Assembly (NCBI GenBank): GCA_013360745.1
Contig: JABWBA010000001.1
Location: 64,946-128,945, forward strand
DNA: 64,000 nucleotides
Direction: 5' to 3'
From: Chthonomonadales bacterium
GTDB lineage: Bacteria > Armatimonadota > Chthonomonadetes > Chthonomonadales > CAJBBX01
A model generated the notes under the pieces. The model did not search any database, had not been told where the DNA came from, and worked only from the letters and a program-made list of their open reading frames with translations. Made by a program: the position numbers and the translations under genes. This document shows positions 1 through 9,279 of the stretch, one piece after another (position 1 is the first letter of the stretch; each line of letters opens with the position of its first letter).

Positions 1-220
1 CGATTTTGGCATATCCTATCGCAGAGCTGATCGGATCCTGGTCTATCTCCTGCGCGGATATGGTACCGAGCGGCTGGTGCGCATCGGCTTCCCCGAGGCT
101 GAGGTCCTTCTCGTGAGGGAGAAGCTGGACCGAACACATTGGAAGCGCCACATGCCGACGACCGCCATGCTCACGACGACATCGATCAATGATTACTACC
201 TTCGCCCTGTGGATTACTAG
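1..220 (+). CDS. nadE: NAD+ synthetase, C-terminal fragment (5' end outside window)
   Basis: Frame 2 is open from the window edge to TAG at 218-220. It translates to DFGISYRRADRILVYLLRGYGTERLVRIGFPEAEVLLVREKLDRTHWKRHMP..., which resembles the NadE C-terminus (G-I-S-Y..D..L and HKR..P motifs, from memory). Confidence 0.5.
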   Translation, partial: DFGISYRRADRILVYLLRGYGTERLVRIGFPEAEVLLVREKLDRTHWKRHMPTTAMLTTTSINDYYLRPVDY

Positions 221-1360
221 ATGAGCAAGGTTGCCCTTGTCGGCGCCGCGCTCCGGATGGCCTATCAGCATCCGAAACTAATCCAATCGTTTCTCCAGGG
301 GCGGTTTCGCATGGCTGGCGTAAGGAGGGAGCAACTTACGGGCAACGGCTACAGTGCGAAACCTCTTGGGATAACGCTCAAGCCGACCCTGAGCTGCAAC
401 CTTCGATGCATTATGTGTTCGTATGCGGCGAGCGGTGCAGTGCGCGCGAATCCGAGAGATAGCCTGCCCCTGGAAACCTACAAGAGGCTGGTGGATGATG
501 TCGCGGACTGGAAGCCGTACATATGGTTCACCGGCGGCGAACCGACTCTCTACCCTGACATACTCCCGCTCCTTTCATACATCCGTGAGCGGGGTCTAGT
601 GTGCGGGATGACCTCCAATGGTACGACACTCACCAAGGTCGCGGACGGTATCGTCGCGAACCCGATGGATCTGCTGGTCGTCTCGCTGGATGGTCGCGGT
701 GAGGTCCATGATAAGGTCCGGGGCAACCCGAGGGCGTTCCAACGCGCCTATGCCGGCGTAGAGGCGCTGCAAGCGGCTAAGAAGGCGGCCAAAGCGCCCC
801 ATCCCGCTGTTGTGATCAGCACTGCCCTGACCCCCGAGAGCTTTCGTCAGGCGCACGAGATGGTGGATGTCGCACAAGAACTCGGGGCCGTCGCTCTGAA
901 TGTCCAGCACCTCTGGATGATGACGGCCAGCATGATCGCCGATCATAACGCACGATGGGGTGACGAACAGTACGTGGATCCTGAGGAGTGGGCTAGCGAC
1001 GAAAACCACGGTATGGATCCCCGTGAGGTGGTCGAGGCTGTGGAAGCCATCCGGCGAAAGCCGTCGCGAATACCGATCATCTTCCAGCCCGATATGCGAC
1101 CTGAGGAGATCGTCACCTACTATCAATCACCCGCTACGTTCGTGCGACGCCGGCCTGCGGTATGCGCATGGGTCAATACGGATATCCTACCAACGGGCGA
1201 TGTCTCTCCGTGCTTTGGAGTTGTATGCGGCAACATTTCGACCGAGCGTTTCACGGATATCTGGAACGGTGAGGAGTTCAAGCGTCATCGCCAGCGACTG
1301 AGTGTTGAAGGGGATCTGCCGATCTGCGCTCGTTGCTGCGCGTACTGGCGCCGTGATTGA
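221..1360 (+). CDS. radical SAM protein with C-terminal SPASM-like Cys-rich domain
   Basis: It has the CNLRCIMCSY (CxxxCxxC) radical-SAM cluster motif and GGEPTLYPD. The C-terminal part carries extra Cys clusters (CAWVNTD..SPCFGVVCGN..PICARCCAYW). The ATG directly abuts the upstream stop (TAGATG). Confidence 0.85.
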   Translation: MSKVALVGAALRMAYQHPKLIQSFLQGRFRMAGVRREQLTGNGYSAKPLGITLKPTLSCNLRCIMCSYAASGAVRANPRDSLPLETYKRLVDDVADWKPYIWFTGGEPTLYPDILPLLSYIRERGLVCGMTSNGTTLTKVADGIVANPMDLLVVSLDGRGEVHDKVRGNPRAFQRAYAGVEALQAAKKAAKAPHPAVVISTALTPESFRQAHEMVDVAQELGAVALNVQHLWMMTASMIADHNARWGDEQYVDPEEWASDENHGMDPREVVEAVEAIRRKPSRIPIIFQPDMRPEEIVTYYQSPATFVRRRPAVCAWVNTDILPTGDVSPCFGVVCGNISTERFTDIWNGEEFKRHRQRLSVEGDLPICARCCAYWRRD

Positions 1361-1361
1361 C

Positions 1362-1946
1362 ATGGCGCGCATGGATCCAGCCGATATCCAGCAGGCGTTC
1401 CTCGATGCCGGCGCCCTTCTTACAGGGCACTTTGCGCTATCCTCCGGCCTGCATAGCGACCGATACCTCGAGAAGTTCCGCCTGATCGAACGGCCGGCTG
1501 CGCTGGAACCGATGTGCGCCGATATCGCCGACCGTTTCGCCGACTCCGGAGTTGAGTATGTCCTTGGTCCGACGACCGCCGGTATCATCCTCGCTTACAA
1601 CGTCGCCCGGTATCTTGGCGTCGTGGCCCGGTTTGCGGAACCTGCAGCGAACGGTCGGACGCTTCGACGCGGCCAGACGATGCCCGCCGGCGCGCGCGTC
1701 CTAATCGTCGACGATATCCTGACCACGGGTCTATCGGTGCGTGAATGCATGGACATCGTCGCACGGGGCGGAGGGGATCTCGTTGGCGTGGCCATCCTTG
1801 GGGACCGGAGCGGAGGGAAGGCTCTGCCCGGGGTCCGGCTGGAATCCCTTCTCACCGTCGAGTTCGCAACGTATGCGCCCGAGGCGTGCCCGCTTTGTAT
1901 TGCCGGTGTTCCTCTGACGAAACCGGGCACAAGGAGTGCATCGTGA
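1362..1946 (+). CDS. pyrE: orotate phosphoribosyltransferase
   Basis: It contains LLTGHFALSSGLHSDRYLEKF and the PRPP-binding loop VLIVDDILTTGLS. The start was trimmed to the in-frame ATG at 1362, one nt after the rSAM stop. Confidence 0.9.
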   Translation: MARMDPADIQQAFLDAGALLTGHFALSSGLHSDRYLEKFRLIERPAALEPMCADIADRFADSGVEYVLGPTTAGIILAYNVARYLGVVARFAEPAANGRTLRRGQTMPAGARVLIVDDILTTGLSVRECMDIVARGGGDLVGVAILGDRSGGKALPGVRLESLLTVEFATYAPEACPLCIAGVPLTKPGTRSAS

Positions 1947-2010
1947 GATCACAGCGACGTTCGACGGACGACGATCGATCTAGGGTGCGGTTTACCCACA
2001 GGAGGCGTTC

Positions 2011-2388
2011 ATGAGCAAACAGGCGATATGGCCGGGTAGTCCGGGGCCACTCCCATATACACCCGGCATTCTAGCAGGCGGCTTTGTCTATGTCTCGGGT
2101 CAGGTCCCCCTGGACCCTGCCACGCGTGCGATCGTCGAAGGGGACTTCGAGGAGCGGGTTCGACAGTGTATTCGCAACGTCGAGAGCGTATTGAAGGCGG
2201 CGCATGCATCGATGAACGATGTCGTTAAGGTCACTGTATTCCTCACCGATATGAATATGTTCGCCCGCATGAATGCCGTGTACGCGGAGTATTGGGGCGA
2301 TCCCAAGCCGGCCAGGAGCTGTGTCCAGGTTGCCGGCCTGCCTATGGGAGTCGATGTTGAGATCGAGGCGATCGCTCGAATCGACTGA
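2011..2388 (+). CDS. ridA: RidA/YjgF/L-PSP family reactive-intermediate deaminase
   Basis: It is 125 aa and contains GPYTPGILAGGFVYVSGQVPLDP...ARSCVQVAGLPMGVDVEIEAIA, typical of YjgF/RidA. An AGGAGG RBS lies upstream. Confidence 0.9.
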   Translation: MSKQAIWPGSPGPLPYTPGILAGGFVYVSGQVPLDPATRAIVEGDFEERVRQCIRNVESVLKAAHASMNDVVKVTVFLTDMNMFARMNAVYAEYWGDPKPARSCVQVAGLPMGVDVEIEAIARID

Positions 2389-2402
2389 TCCGCATCGCGT
2401 CG

Positions 2403-3296
2403 TTACGCCAGTAGCGCCTTTATGAACGCTTCCGGATCGAAGTCCTCGAGATCCTCGGCGCGCTCGCCGCTTCCGACGAGCTTGATCGGGATTCCCAGTT
2501 CATCGGCAATCGAAAGGACGATTCCTCCCCGTGCCGTGCCGTCGAGTTTGGTCAGGATAATCCCCGAGACCGGGACCGCTTCGGTGAAGAGTCGCGCCTG
2601 GCTGATGCCGTTTTGACCGGTGGTGGCGTCCATGACCAGCAGAACCTCGTCGGGCCTGCGTCCAAGACTCCGTTCGGCCACGCGCGCAACCTTCCTAAGC
2701 TCTTCCATCAGATGGGCTTTCGTCTGGATGCGCCCTGCCGTGTCCGCGAGGACGTAGTCGATGTGCCGCGCTCGCGCAGCCTGAATCGCATCGAAGACGA
2801 CCGCGGAGGGATCGGCGCCCGGTCGATGCTTGATGATGCCGACATCGAGCCGATCTGCCCATGTATCGAGTTGCTCGATAGCGCCTGCCCGGAACGTGTC
2901 GGCGGCGGCCAGAAGCGCTTTCGCTCCCGATGCGGTCAGACGTCGCGTAAGCTTGGCGATCGACGTCGTCTTGCCAACTCCGTTCACCCCTACGAACAGA
3001 TACAGAGAGGGAGATGGAGCTCCCGTCGCGAGGCCAACCTCGCGTACGGCCGGATTGCGCAACGCCTGACCGAGCGTTTGTCTGAGGCCACGAAGGATAT
3101 CGTCCGGGTCGGACCATCGTTCCGTTCGCGTTCGCTCGCGCAGCGTATCCAGTGCGGTAGTGACCAGACGCACCGATACGTCCGCCTTGATCAGCGATTC
3201 CTCGAGGTCGTCGAACAAGGACTCGTCGATCCGCCCGCGCCCTGTGACCAGCGTGTCGACCTTCTGAAAGATGCTTTTAACGAACCCAAAACGCAT
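2403..3296 (-). CDS. ftsY: signal recognition particle receptor FtsY (short form, NG domain only)
   Basis: It has the SRP-GTPase motifs GVNGVGKTTSIAKL, DTAGR and TKLDGTARGG. Confidence 0.92.
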   Translation of the reverse strand: MRFGFVKSIFQKVDTLVTGRGRIDESLFDDLEESLIKADVSVRLVTTALDTLRERTRTERWSDPDDILRGLRQTLGQALRNPAVREVGLATGAPSPSLYLFVGVNGVGKTTSIAKLTRRLTASGAKALLAAADTFRAGAIEQLDTWADRLDVGIIKHRPGADPSAVVFDAIQAARARHIDYVLADTAGRIQTKAHLMEELRKVARVAERSLGRRPDEVLLVMDATTGQNGISQARLFTEAVPVSGIILTKLDGTARGGIVLSIADELGIPIKLVGSGERAEDLEDFDPEAFIKALLA

Positions 3297-3353
3297 GGTG
3301 ACTACTATCCCTTCTGCCTTTCCGTTCTCCGTGATATGCCGTCGTCCATTGGC

Positions 3354-4730
3354 TCATTTGCCAACGCAGAAGCGTGAGAAGATGGTTCTGATGATGTCCT
3401 CCGTGGTCGTCACTCCGGTGATCGAACCGAGGGCATCCGTCGCTTCGCGCACGTCGAACGCGGCCTGAACAACCTCTTGACCGGAGCTGAGCCCCTCGAT
3501 GGCCCGGCGGAGATGTTCGCCGGCCCGCGACAGCTCCGAGGCATGGCGCTCATTGGTTACGATCGTACCATCCACGAACATCTGCTCGCCCTGCATTCGG
3601 TTCACCAGCGCAGTCTCGATGCTCGATAAGCCTGAGCCTGTCTTGGCGCTGGCGCAAAGGACGTCCCGTCCTACGTACAGAGCGGCGGCCTTCGTCCGGT
3701 GCCGTTCCATACGATCTGGCGCCACCAGATCGCTCTTATTCAGAACGATCAGGGCGGCGGGGGCTGCCGTAAGGGACGCTTCATCCGTGGCTCGGAGGCC
3801 GATACGGGCATCACCGACGACGATGACCAGGTTAGCTCCAGCTGCGACGTTTCGGGCCTCCACGATCCCTGCAGCTTCGACGATACCCCGCGCGTGTCGG
3901 ATCCCTGCCGTGTCGATCAGCGTTACGGCGAAACCGCCGAGCGTAATGGTTTCCTCGATGACATCCCGGGTGGTGCCCGGGATTGGCGTTACGAGCGCCC
4001 GGTTCCTTCCTGCGAGGGCATTGAATAATGAGCTCTTGCCAACGTTCGGCCGGCCGATGATCGCGACGCGATAGCCATCCCGCACGATTCGTCCTAATCG
4101 ATACGTCCGTTCGAGCTCGCGGACCTTTGCCAGCGCCTCGCCGATCGCCGCTGTGGCCTGGTCGGAATCCGCAAGTGTATCGTCGGAGAACTCGATCGAA
4201 GCCTCCAGGGTTGCAAGCGCGCTGAGCAGACGGTCTCGAATGCCATCGACTGCCTGGGAGAGAAGACCGCTCCGCAGATCCATTGCGGAATGGAGGGCAG
4301 CCGCGGAACGAGTGGCGATGAGGTCCGCGACCGCTTCGGCCTGAGCAAGGTCAAGTCGGCCGGATAGGTACGCGCGGTACGTGAACTCCCCTGGCTCAGC
4401 GGCTCGACATCCGGCATCGAGCGCTGCTCGAAGAACCCGGGCGAGGATATACGGACTGCCATGGCACGAAAACTCAACCATGTCTTCGCCTGTATAGGAA
4501 CGCGGAGCGAAAAAGGGGAGGAGGAGCGCTTCATCAATCGCGGTCTGATCGGAAGAGTCGATAATGGCCCCGTATCGTATCCGGCCTTGGGCAAGGCGGA
4601 ACGGAGATGCGTTCCGGGATCGAAATATGGTTCGGGCCACGGCATGGGAAGCGGGGCCCGAGATCCGCACGATGCCGATTGCGCCGGGAGCCGGGCCCGA
4701 TCCTATCGCGGCGATCGTGTCCGTCTGCAC
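3354..4730 (-). CDS. mnmE: tRNA modification GTPase MnmE
   Basis: The N-terminus is DTIAAIGSGPAPGAIGIVRISG, the G-domain has GRPNVGKSSLFNAL and DTAG, and the C-terminal motif is FCVGK. Confidence 0.92.
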   Translation of the reverse strand: MQTDTIAAIGSGPAPGAIGIVRISGPASHAVARTIFRSRNASPFRLAQGRIRYGAIIDSSDQTAIDEALLLPFFAPRSYTGEDMVEFSCHGSPYILARVLRAALDAGCRAAEPGEFTYRAYLSGRLDLAQAEAVADLIATRSAAALHSAMDLRSGLLSQAVDGIRDRLLSALATLEASIEFSDDTLADSDQATAAIGEALAKVRELERTYRLGRIVRDGYRVAIIGRPNVGKSSLFNALAGRNRALVTPIPGTTRDVIEETITLGGFAVTLIDTAGIRHARGIVEAAGIVEARNVAAGANLVIVVGDARIGLRATDEASLTAAPAALIVLNKSDLVAPDRMERHRTKAAALYVGRDVLCASAKTGSGLSSIETALVNRMQGEQMFVDGTIVTNERHASELSRAGEHLRRAIEGLSSGQEVVQAAFDVREATDALGSITGVTTTEDIIRTIFSRFCVGK

Positions 4731-4738
4731 TCGACCCT

Positions 4739-5629
4739 TTATAGGGATCGCGGCCCACCGCCCGAGGCGGCTGACCTTCGTGCGGCGCTGATAAAGGCGA
4801 TGATCTCTCGGCTAACCCGGACGTCATAGGGCGGTCGTTTCGTCGTGAACATGCCGACTATCGTGCGCAGCATCTCGCGATAATAGGCGGATCCTTCAAC
4901 CGACGCCGTATACCGCCCCTTCTCATAATGGGCAACGAAACCAAAACCAGGCGCGCCTTTGCGGATGCCGCGGACCGTACCGTTTCGTCCGTCCCGCCAG
5001 GAGCCGACCACGAGATCAGCGTCAGCGGTAGAGGTGCAGCGGACCCTGGCACATCCAGCTCCTAGAAGCGTGTAGAGCATCTCAACTCCGTGGATGCCGT
5101 AGTGCAGCAATCCTGGATTGCCGGGGTGGAGCGTCGCGGTGGTCCATACATCAGCGCCAATGATCGGCCCCAGTTCCCGCGTCTTCTGTACGGCGTCGAT
5201 CACTTCGGGGGCGTAGCGCAGCGCCGAGCACGACATCAGCGGGGCGTGACACCGCGCCGCTAGGCGGATCATGGCGTCCGCTTGAGCCACGGTCTCCGCG
5301 AAGGGTTTGTCCACGAAGGTCGGAAGTCCCGCCTCCAGGAAGGGCTTCGATCGCATCAGGTGCCGTGCGCCCTGCTGGGATTCGATCATCACGGCATCGA
5401 TATCGCCGAGCAGCTCTTCAGGTTTGCTGACGAGGCGGATCCCATAGTTGGCGAGCTGCTTGGCATAGGGCGGAATACGTTCCGGCATCATGAGAGAATC
5501 ACCGGGACAGCCAGCGACGACCCGAGCGCCTGCGACATACTCGGACGCGGGCACGTTGATGTGATTGAGCCGTTCCGTAAAGGCGATCACATGAGAGGTG
5601 TCAAAGTCGACAAGGCCAATACGGATCAT
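4739..5629 (-). CDS. Gfo/Idh/MocA-like oxidoreductase
   Basis: The N-terminal Rossmann-like segment IRIGLVDFDTSHV and the overall layout resemble the Gfo/Idh/MocA family. The substrate is unknown. Confidence 0.65.
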   Translation of the reverse strand: MIRIGLVDFDTSHVIAFTERLNHINVPASEYVAGARVVAGCPGDSLMMPERIPPYAKQLANYGIRLVSKPEELLGDIDAVMIESQQGARHLMRSKPFLEAGLPTFVDKPFAETVAQADAMIRLAARCHAPLMSCSALRYAPEVIDAVQKTRELGPIIGADVWTTATLHPGNPGLLHYGIHGVEMLYTLLGAGCARVRCTSTADADLVVGSWRDGRNGTVRGIRKGAPGFGFVAHYEKGRYTASVEGSAYYREMLRTIVGMFTTKRPPYDVRVSREIIAFISAARRSAASGGGPRSL

Positions 5630-5654
5630 CGCCGTCTACTGCACTTTCCCATCG

Positions 5655-7859
5655 TTATCTATGATCCTCGTTTTGCAGTCGAGCCATGGAATGAAGCAGT
5701 TTCTTGATACCATGATCTGGGAATGAGACGGTCACTTCATAGTCCTCGTTAGACGGTCGTACGCTGATCACGATGCCCTTGCCGAACACATGGTGGCTAA
5801 CCCTTGCTCCGTCGCGAAAGGGACGCGGCCTATTCGGCACTGGTTTCGATTCTGCCGTGGGAACTGTTACCTGTTGTACGGGTCTCACAAGATCGGAGGC
5901 GATCGGCGCTGGTCTTGACGTCGGCGGCTCCTTCTGGACGCCCATCTCACGGAGGAACACGGAGGGAGCGTTCAGTGCTGTCAACCCGAAGAGGTTTCTT
6001 CTGTACGCGTTCGTCACATACAGCTCCTCCTTAGCGCGTGTGATGCCTACGTAACAGAGCCGTCTCTCTTCCTCCATCTCCGTATCATCCTGGAGCGCCC
6101 GGGAATGCGGGAGCAGGCCCTGCTCCATACCGACCATAAAGACCACTGGAAACTCGAGGCCTTTGCTGGCATGGAGGGTCATCAGCGTTACGGCGTTCCC
6201 CGTCGCAGCATGGTCGTCAAGCTCCGATACCAGCGCAACCTGCTCGAGGAACGCAGCAAGAGATCGTTCCTCGTCCAGATCATCGAAACGCTGGGTTACG
6301 GTCAGAAGCTCCTTGACGTTCTCTATCCGTTCGCGATTCTCGGACGCTCCGACCGTCTGAAGCGCCTCGATGTACCGGGTGCGCTGTATCACCTCATGAG
6401 CCAGCTCGGCGACGCTAGCGGAGGCCGCGAAATCGCACAAGTCCTGAATGAGCGAAGTAAAGCCGGCAATGGCATTACGGGCGCGAGGTGAGACGATCAC
6501 CAGGACCTGCGGGGAGTTCAGAGCCGCCCAGAGGCCCAGTCCCGCATCCTTCGCCGCTAATTCCAGCCGTTGGAGCGACGTAGCCCCGATGCCCCTTGCC
6601 GGAACATTGATGACGCGTTTCAGGCTGACCGCGTCATGGGGATTACGTACCAGACGCAGATAGGCAATGACGTCCTTCACCTCTTTGCGTTGATAGAACG
6701 GACGCGCACCCACGAGGCGGTGGGGTACTCCGAAGTTGACGAAAACCTCCTCGAAGGCGCGGGATTGGGCGTTCGTTCGATAAAGCACAGCGAAGTCTCG
6801 ATAGGTTCGACGACCGTCCGCAATGGCGCGCCCGATCGTTTCGACAACGAAGATGGCCTCTTCCTGTTCGTTACCCACTTCGCGGTGCTGGATTGGCGAT
6901 CCCTTACCGTTGGAGGTCCAGAGACGCTTGGGTCTGCGATGCGGATTGCGCGATACGACGGCGTGCGCCGCGTCTAGAATGGTCTGAGTTGAACGATAGT
7001 TCTGATCCAGCGTTACGATGCAGGCCTCAGGATAGTCTCGTTCGAATCGCAGGATAAGGTTGACATCGGCACCGCGGAAGGCGTAGATCGACTGGTCATC
7101 GTCGCCGACCACACAGATATTCCGATGCGCTGCCGCGAGCTGATGGATGAGACGGTACTGCGCATAGTTGATATCCTGGTACTCATCCACGAGAATGTGT
7201 TGAAAACGGGTCTGGAACAGCTGCAGCGCATTCGCATCCTCATGGAGGAGACGGACGGCATATAGCAGGAGATCGTCAAAGTCTAGCGCATCGCTGGCGC
7301 GCAACCGTTCTTCGTACAGTCTGTAGACTCGCGCACAGGTGCGTGAATAGACATCGGCGGCGGAGTCAGAATAGACGGATGGATCCTGAAGCCGCTCCTT
7401 GGCTTTACTGATGGTCTCGAGTACCGTCTTCGGAGGATATCGTTCCTGATCGAGATTTTGTTCCTTCAGGATCTCGCGCATCATCGACATTTGATCGTTC
7501 GTGTCGAAGATCACAAAGTCGGGTGGAACACCGATACTCTGGCCTGCCTCGCGAAGCATGCGGGCACAGCACGAGTGGAAGGTTCCGATCCAGAGGCCGC
7601 GGCAATCACGCCCCAGCAGGCTCTCGGTTCGCTCGCGCATCTCACGAGCTGCCTTGTTCGTGAACGTCACAGCGAGGATCCTGGTTGCCGAGATGCCGTA
7701 CTCGGCGATCAGGTAAGCAATCCGATGGGTAAGTACCCGTGTCTTGCCAGAGCCCGCGCCAGCGAAAATAAGGATGGGACCCTGCCCATGACACACGGCC
7801 GTGCGTTGAGCGGGATTCAGGTGATCAAGGAGGGATTCACTGCGAGACGTATGCTGCAT
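5655..7859 (-). CDS. pcrA: ATP-dependent DNA helicase PcrA/UvrD
   Basis: It has the SF1 helicase motifs AGAGSGKTRVLTHR, TFTNKAAREM, ILVDEYQD, VGDDDQSIYAFRGA, TLHASKGLEF and YVGITRA. Confidence 0.92.
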   Translation of the reverse strand: MQHTSRSESLLDHLNPAQRTAVCHGQGPILIFAGAGSGKTRVLTHRIAYLIAEYGISATRILAVTFTNKAAREMRERTESLLGRDCRGLWIGTFHSCCARMLREAGQSIGVPPDFVIFDTNDQMSMMREILKEQNLDQERYPPKTVLETISKAKERLQDPSVYSDSAADVYSRTCARVYRLYEERLRASDALDFDDLLLYAVRLLHEDANALQLFQTRFQHILVDEYQDINYAQYRLIHQLAAAHRNICVVGDDDQSIYAFRGADVNLILRFERDYPEACIVTLDQNYRSTQTILDAAHAVVSRNPHRRPKRLWTSNGKGSPIQHREVGNEQEEAIFVVETIGRAIADGRRTYRDFAVLYRTNAQSRAFEEVFVNFGVPHRLVGARPFYQRKEVKDVIAYLRLVRNPHDAVSLKRVINVPARGIGATSLQRLELAAKDAGLGLWAALNSPQVLVIVSPRARNAIAGFTSLIQDLCDFAASASVAELAHEVIQRTRYIEALQTVGASENRERIENVKELLTVTQRFDDLDEERSLAAFLEQVALVSELDDHAATGNAVTLMTLHASKGLEFPVVFMVGMEQGLLPHSRALQDDTEMEEERRLCYVGITRAKEELYVTNAYRRNLFGLTALNAPSVFLREMGVQKEPPTSRPAPIASDLVRPVQQVTVPTAESKPVPNRPRPFRDGARVSHHVFGKGIVISVRPSNEDYEVTVSFPDHGIKKLLHSMARLQNEDHR

Positions 7860-7864
7860 GGTTG

Positions 7865-7870
7865 ATTATA
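7865..7870 (-). promoter_or_regulatory. candidate -10 box (TATAAT) 5 nt upstream of the pcrA ATG
   Basis: The minus strand reads TATAAT-CAACC-ATG. I found no recognisable -35 and no SD sequence. Confidence 0.3.
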
Positions 7871-7917
7871 GCCGTCCATAGCGAATAGGAGCGATACAGG
7901 ACGGGTACCCTATCTGT

Positions 7918-9279
7918 ATGATGTCGAGGAATAACCCGAGCCAGTCCGAACAGGCCATGCTCTCTGAGCTAGGGCGCTACGTGATCGCTGATCCGAAGCC
8001 GTTCGTGGTCGATGTGGGAAGATCCCGCGGTATGTGGCTTGCTACCGTGGGCGGACGACGACTGTTCGATTGGGCAGGATATTATGGATCGAAACTGATC
8101 GGGCACAATCATCCGCGCCTGTATGAACCCGCCTACGTGGAACGTCTGATCCGAGCGGCCAACAACAAAGTCGCCAACCCCGATTTTCTCACTGTCGAGT
8201 GCCTCGATTACTACCGCCTGATCCACGACATGGCGCCTCGTTGCATGCGATCTCCGAACCTCGAGGTCTACGCGGTGAACTCGGGCGCCGAAGCGGTCGA
8301 GAATATGATGAAGTACCTGATCAATCTGCACTTGCAGAAACATGCGGTGGAGCGTCGCCCGAACATCCGCCGGCGGTTCATCTGTTTCGATCAGGCCTTC
8401 CATGGGCGAACGGTCTTTGCGCTCGGTGTAACCGGCCTGAGCGCAGACCCGATCGTCACACGGGACTACCATGGTTTTGCAGATGACAACATCCGGGTGC
8501 CGTTCCCTGCCATCGATACGGATGCGGATCCGGCGGTGAACCGCAAGCGGACCGAGACGGCCCTCGGTCGCGTTGAAGATGCTCTCCGGCGGGATGCACA
8601 TGGTATTGTGGCGATCATCGTTGAACCCATTCAGGGCGCCGGCGGACATCGCACCGCGGAGACGGAGTTTTTCCGCGGGCTGAGCGTGCTTGCCCATCGA
8701 TACGGGGTCTATCTCGGGCTGGATGAAGTGCAGACGGCGGGAGGCCAGACCGGCAGCTTCTTCGCCGTCGATCAGTTCGATTTACCGTATCCGCCCCAGG
8801 CCATTGCAGCAGCAAAAAAACTCGCGTGCGGTGTTGTCTACATGCTTCAACCGATGGAGGATCGGGGCGTCCTGGATTCGACATGGGGCGGGCATCTAGC
8901 CGACATGGTTCGTTTCGTCCAGGAAATGGCCATCGTACGTGATGAACGGCTCATCGAGAGCATCTCGGAGAAGACCGATCTGCTTCTGCATACGCTTCGA
9001 TGCATGGCGAGCAAGCATCATGATCTGATCAGCAATATCCGGGGGATGGGCCTCTACCAGGGCTTCAGCCTTCGCGGCTCTGATACTGCGGGTACTCTTG
9101 CCGCAATCGCACTGGAGCACGAGGACCTTCTCCTCCTCAAGGCCGGACCCGACACGATCCGGCTCCGACCTGTTCTGGATGTCTCCAATGACGATATAGC
9201 TGAGTTCGGGCATCGATTGGATCGTTCTCTATGCCGGTTGCGTACCATGCGTGATGGCGCCGGAGACAACCGTTCGTGA
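7918..9279 (+). CDS. lat: class-III PLP aminotransferase, L-lysine 6-transaminase-like
   Basis: It shows colinear similarity (from memory) to actinobacterial Lat: FDQAFHGRT, EPIQGAGG, DEVQTAGG, the AAAKK lysine region and STWGG. Confidence 0.7.
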   Translation: MMSRNNPSQSEQAMLSELGRYVIADPKPFVVDVGRSRGMWLATVGGRRLFDWAGYYGSKLIGHNHPRLYEPAYVERLIRAANNKVANPDFLTVECLDYYRLIHDMAPRCMRSPNLEVYAVNSGAEAVENMMKYLINLHLQKHAVERRPNIRRRFICFDQAFHGRTVFALGVTGLSADPIVTRDYHGFADDNIRVPFPAIDTDADPAVNRKRTETALGRVEDALRRDAHGIVAIIVEPIQGAGGHRTAETEFFRGLSVLAHRYGVYLGLDEVQTAGGQTGSFFAVDQFDLPYPPQAIAAAKKLACGVVYMLQPMEDRGVLDSTWGGHLADMVRFVQEMAIVRDERLIESISEKTDLLLHTLRCMASKHHDLISNIRGMGLYQGFSLRGSDTAGTLAAIALEHEDLLLLKAGPDTIRLRPVLDVSNDDIAEFGHRLDRSLCRLRTMRDGAGDNRS

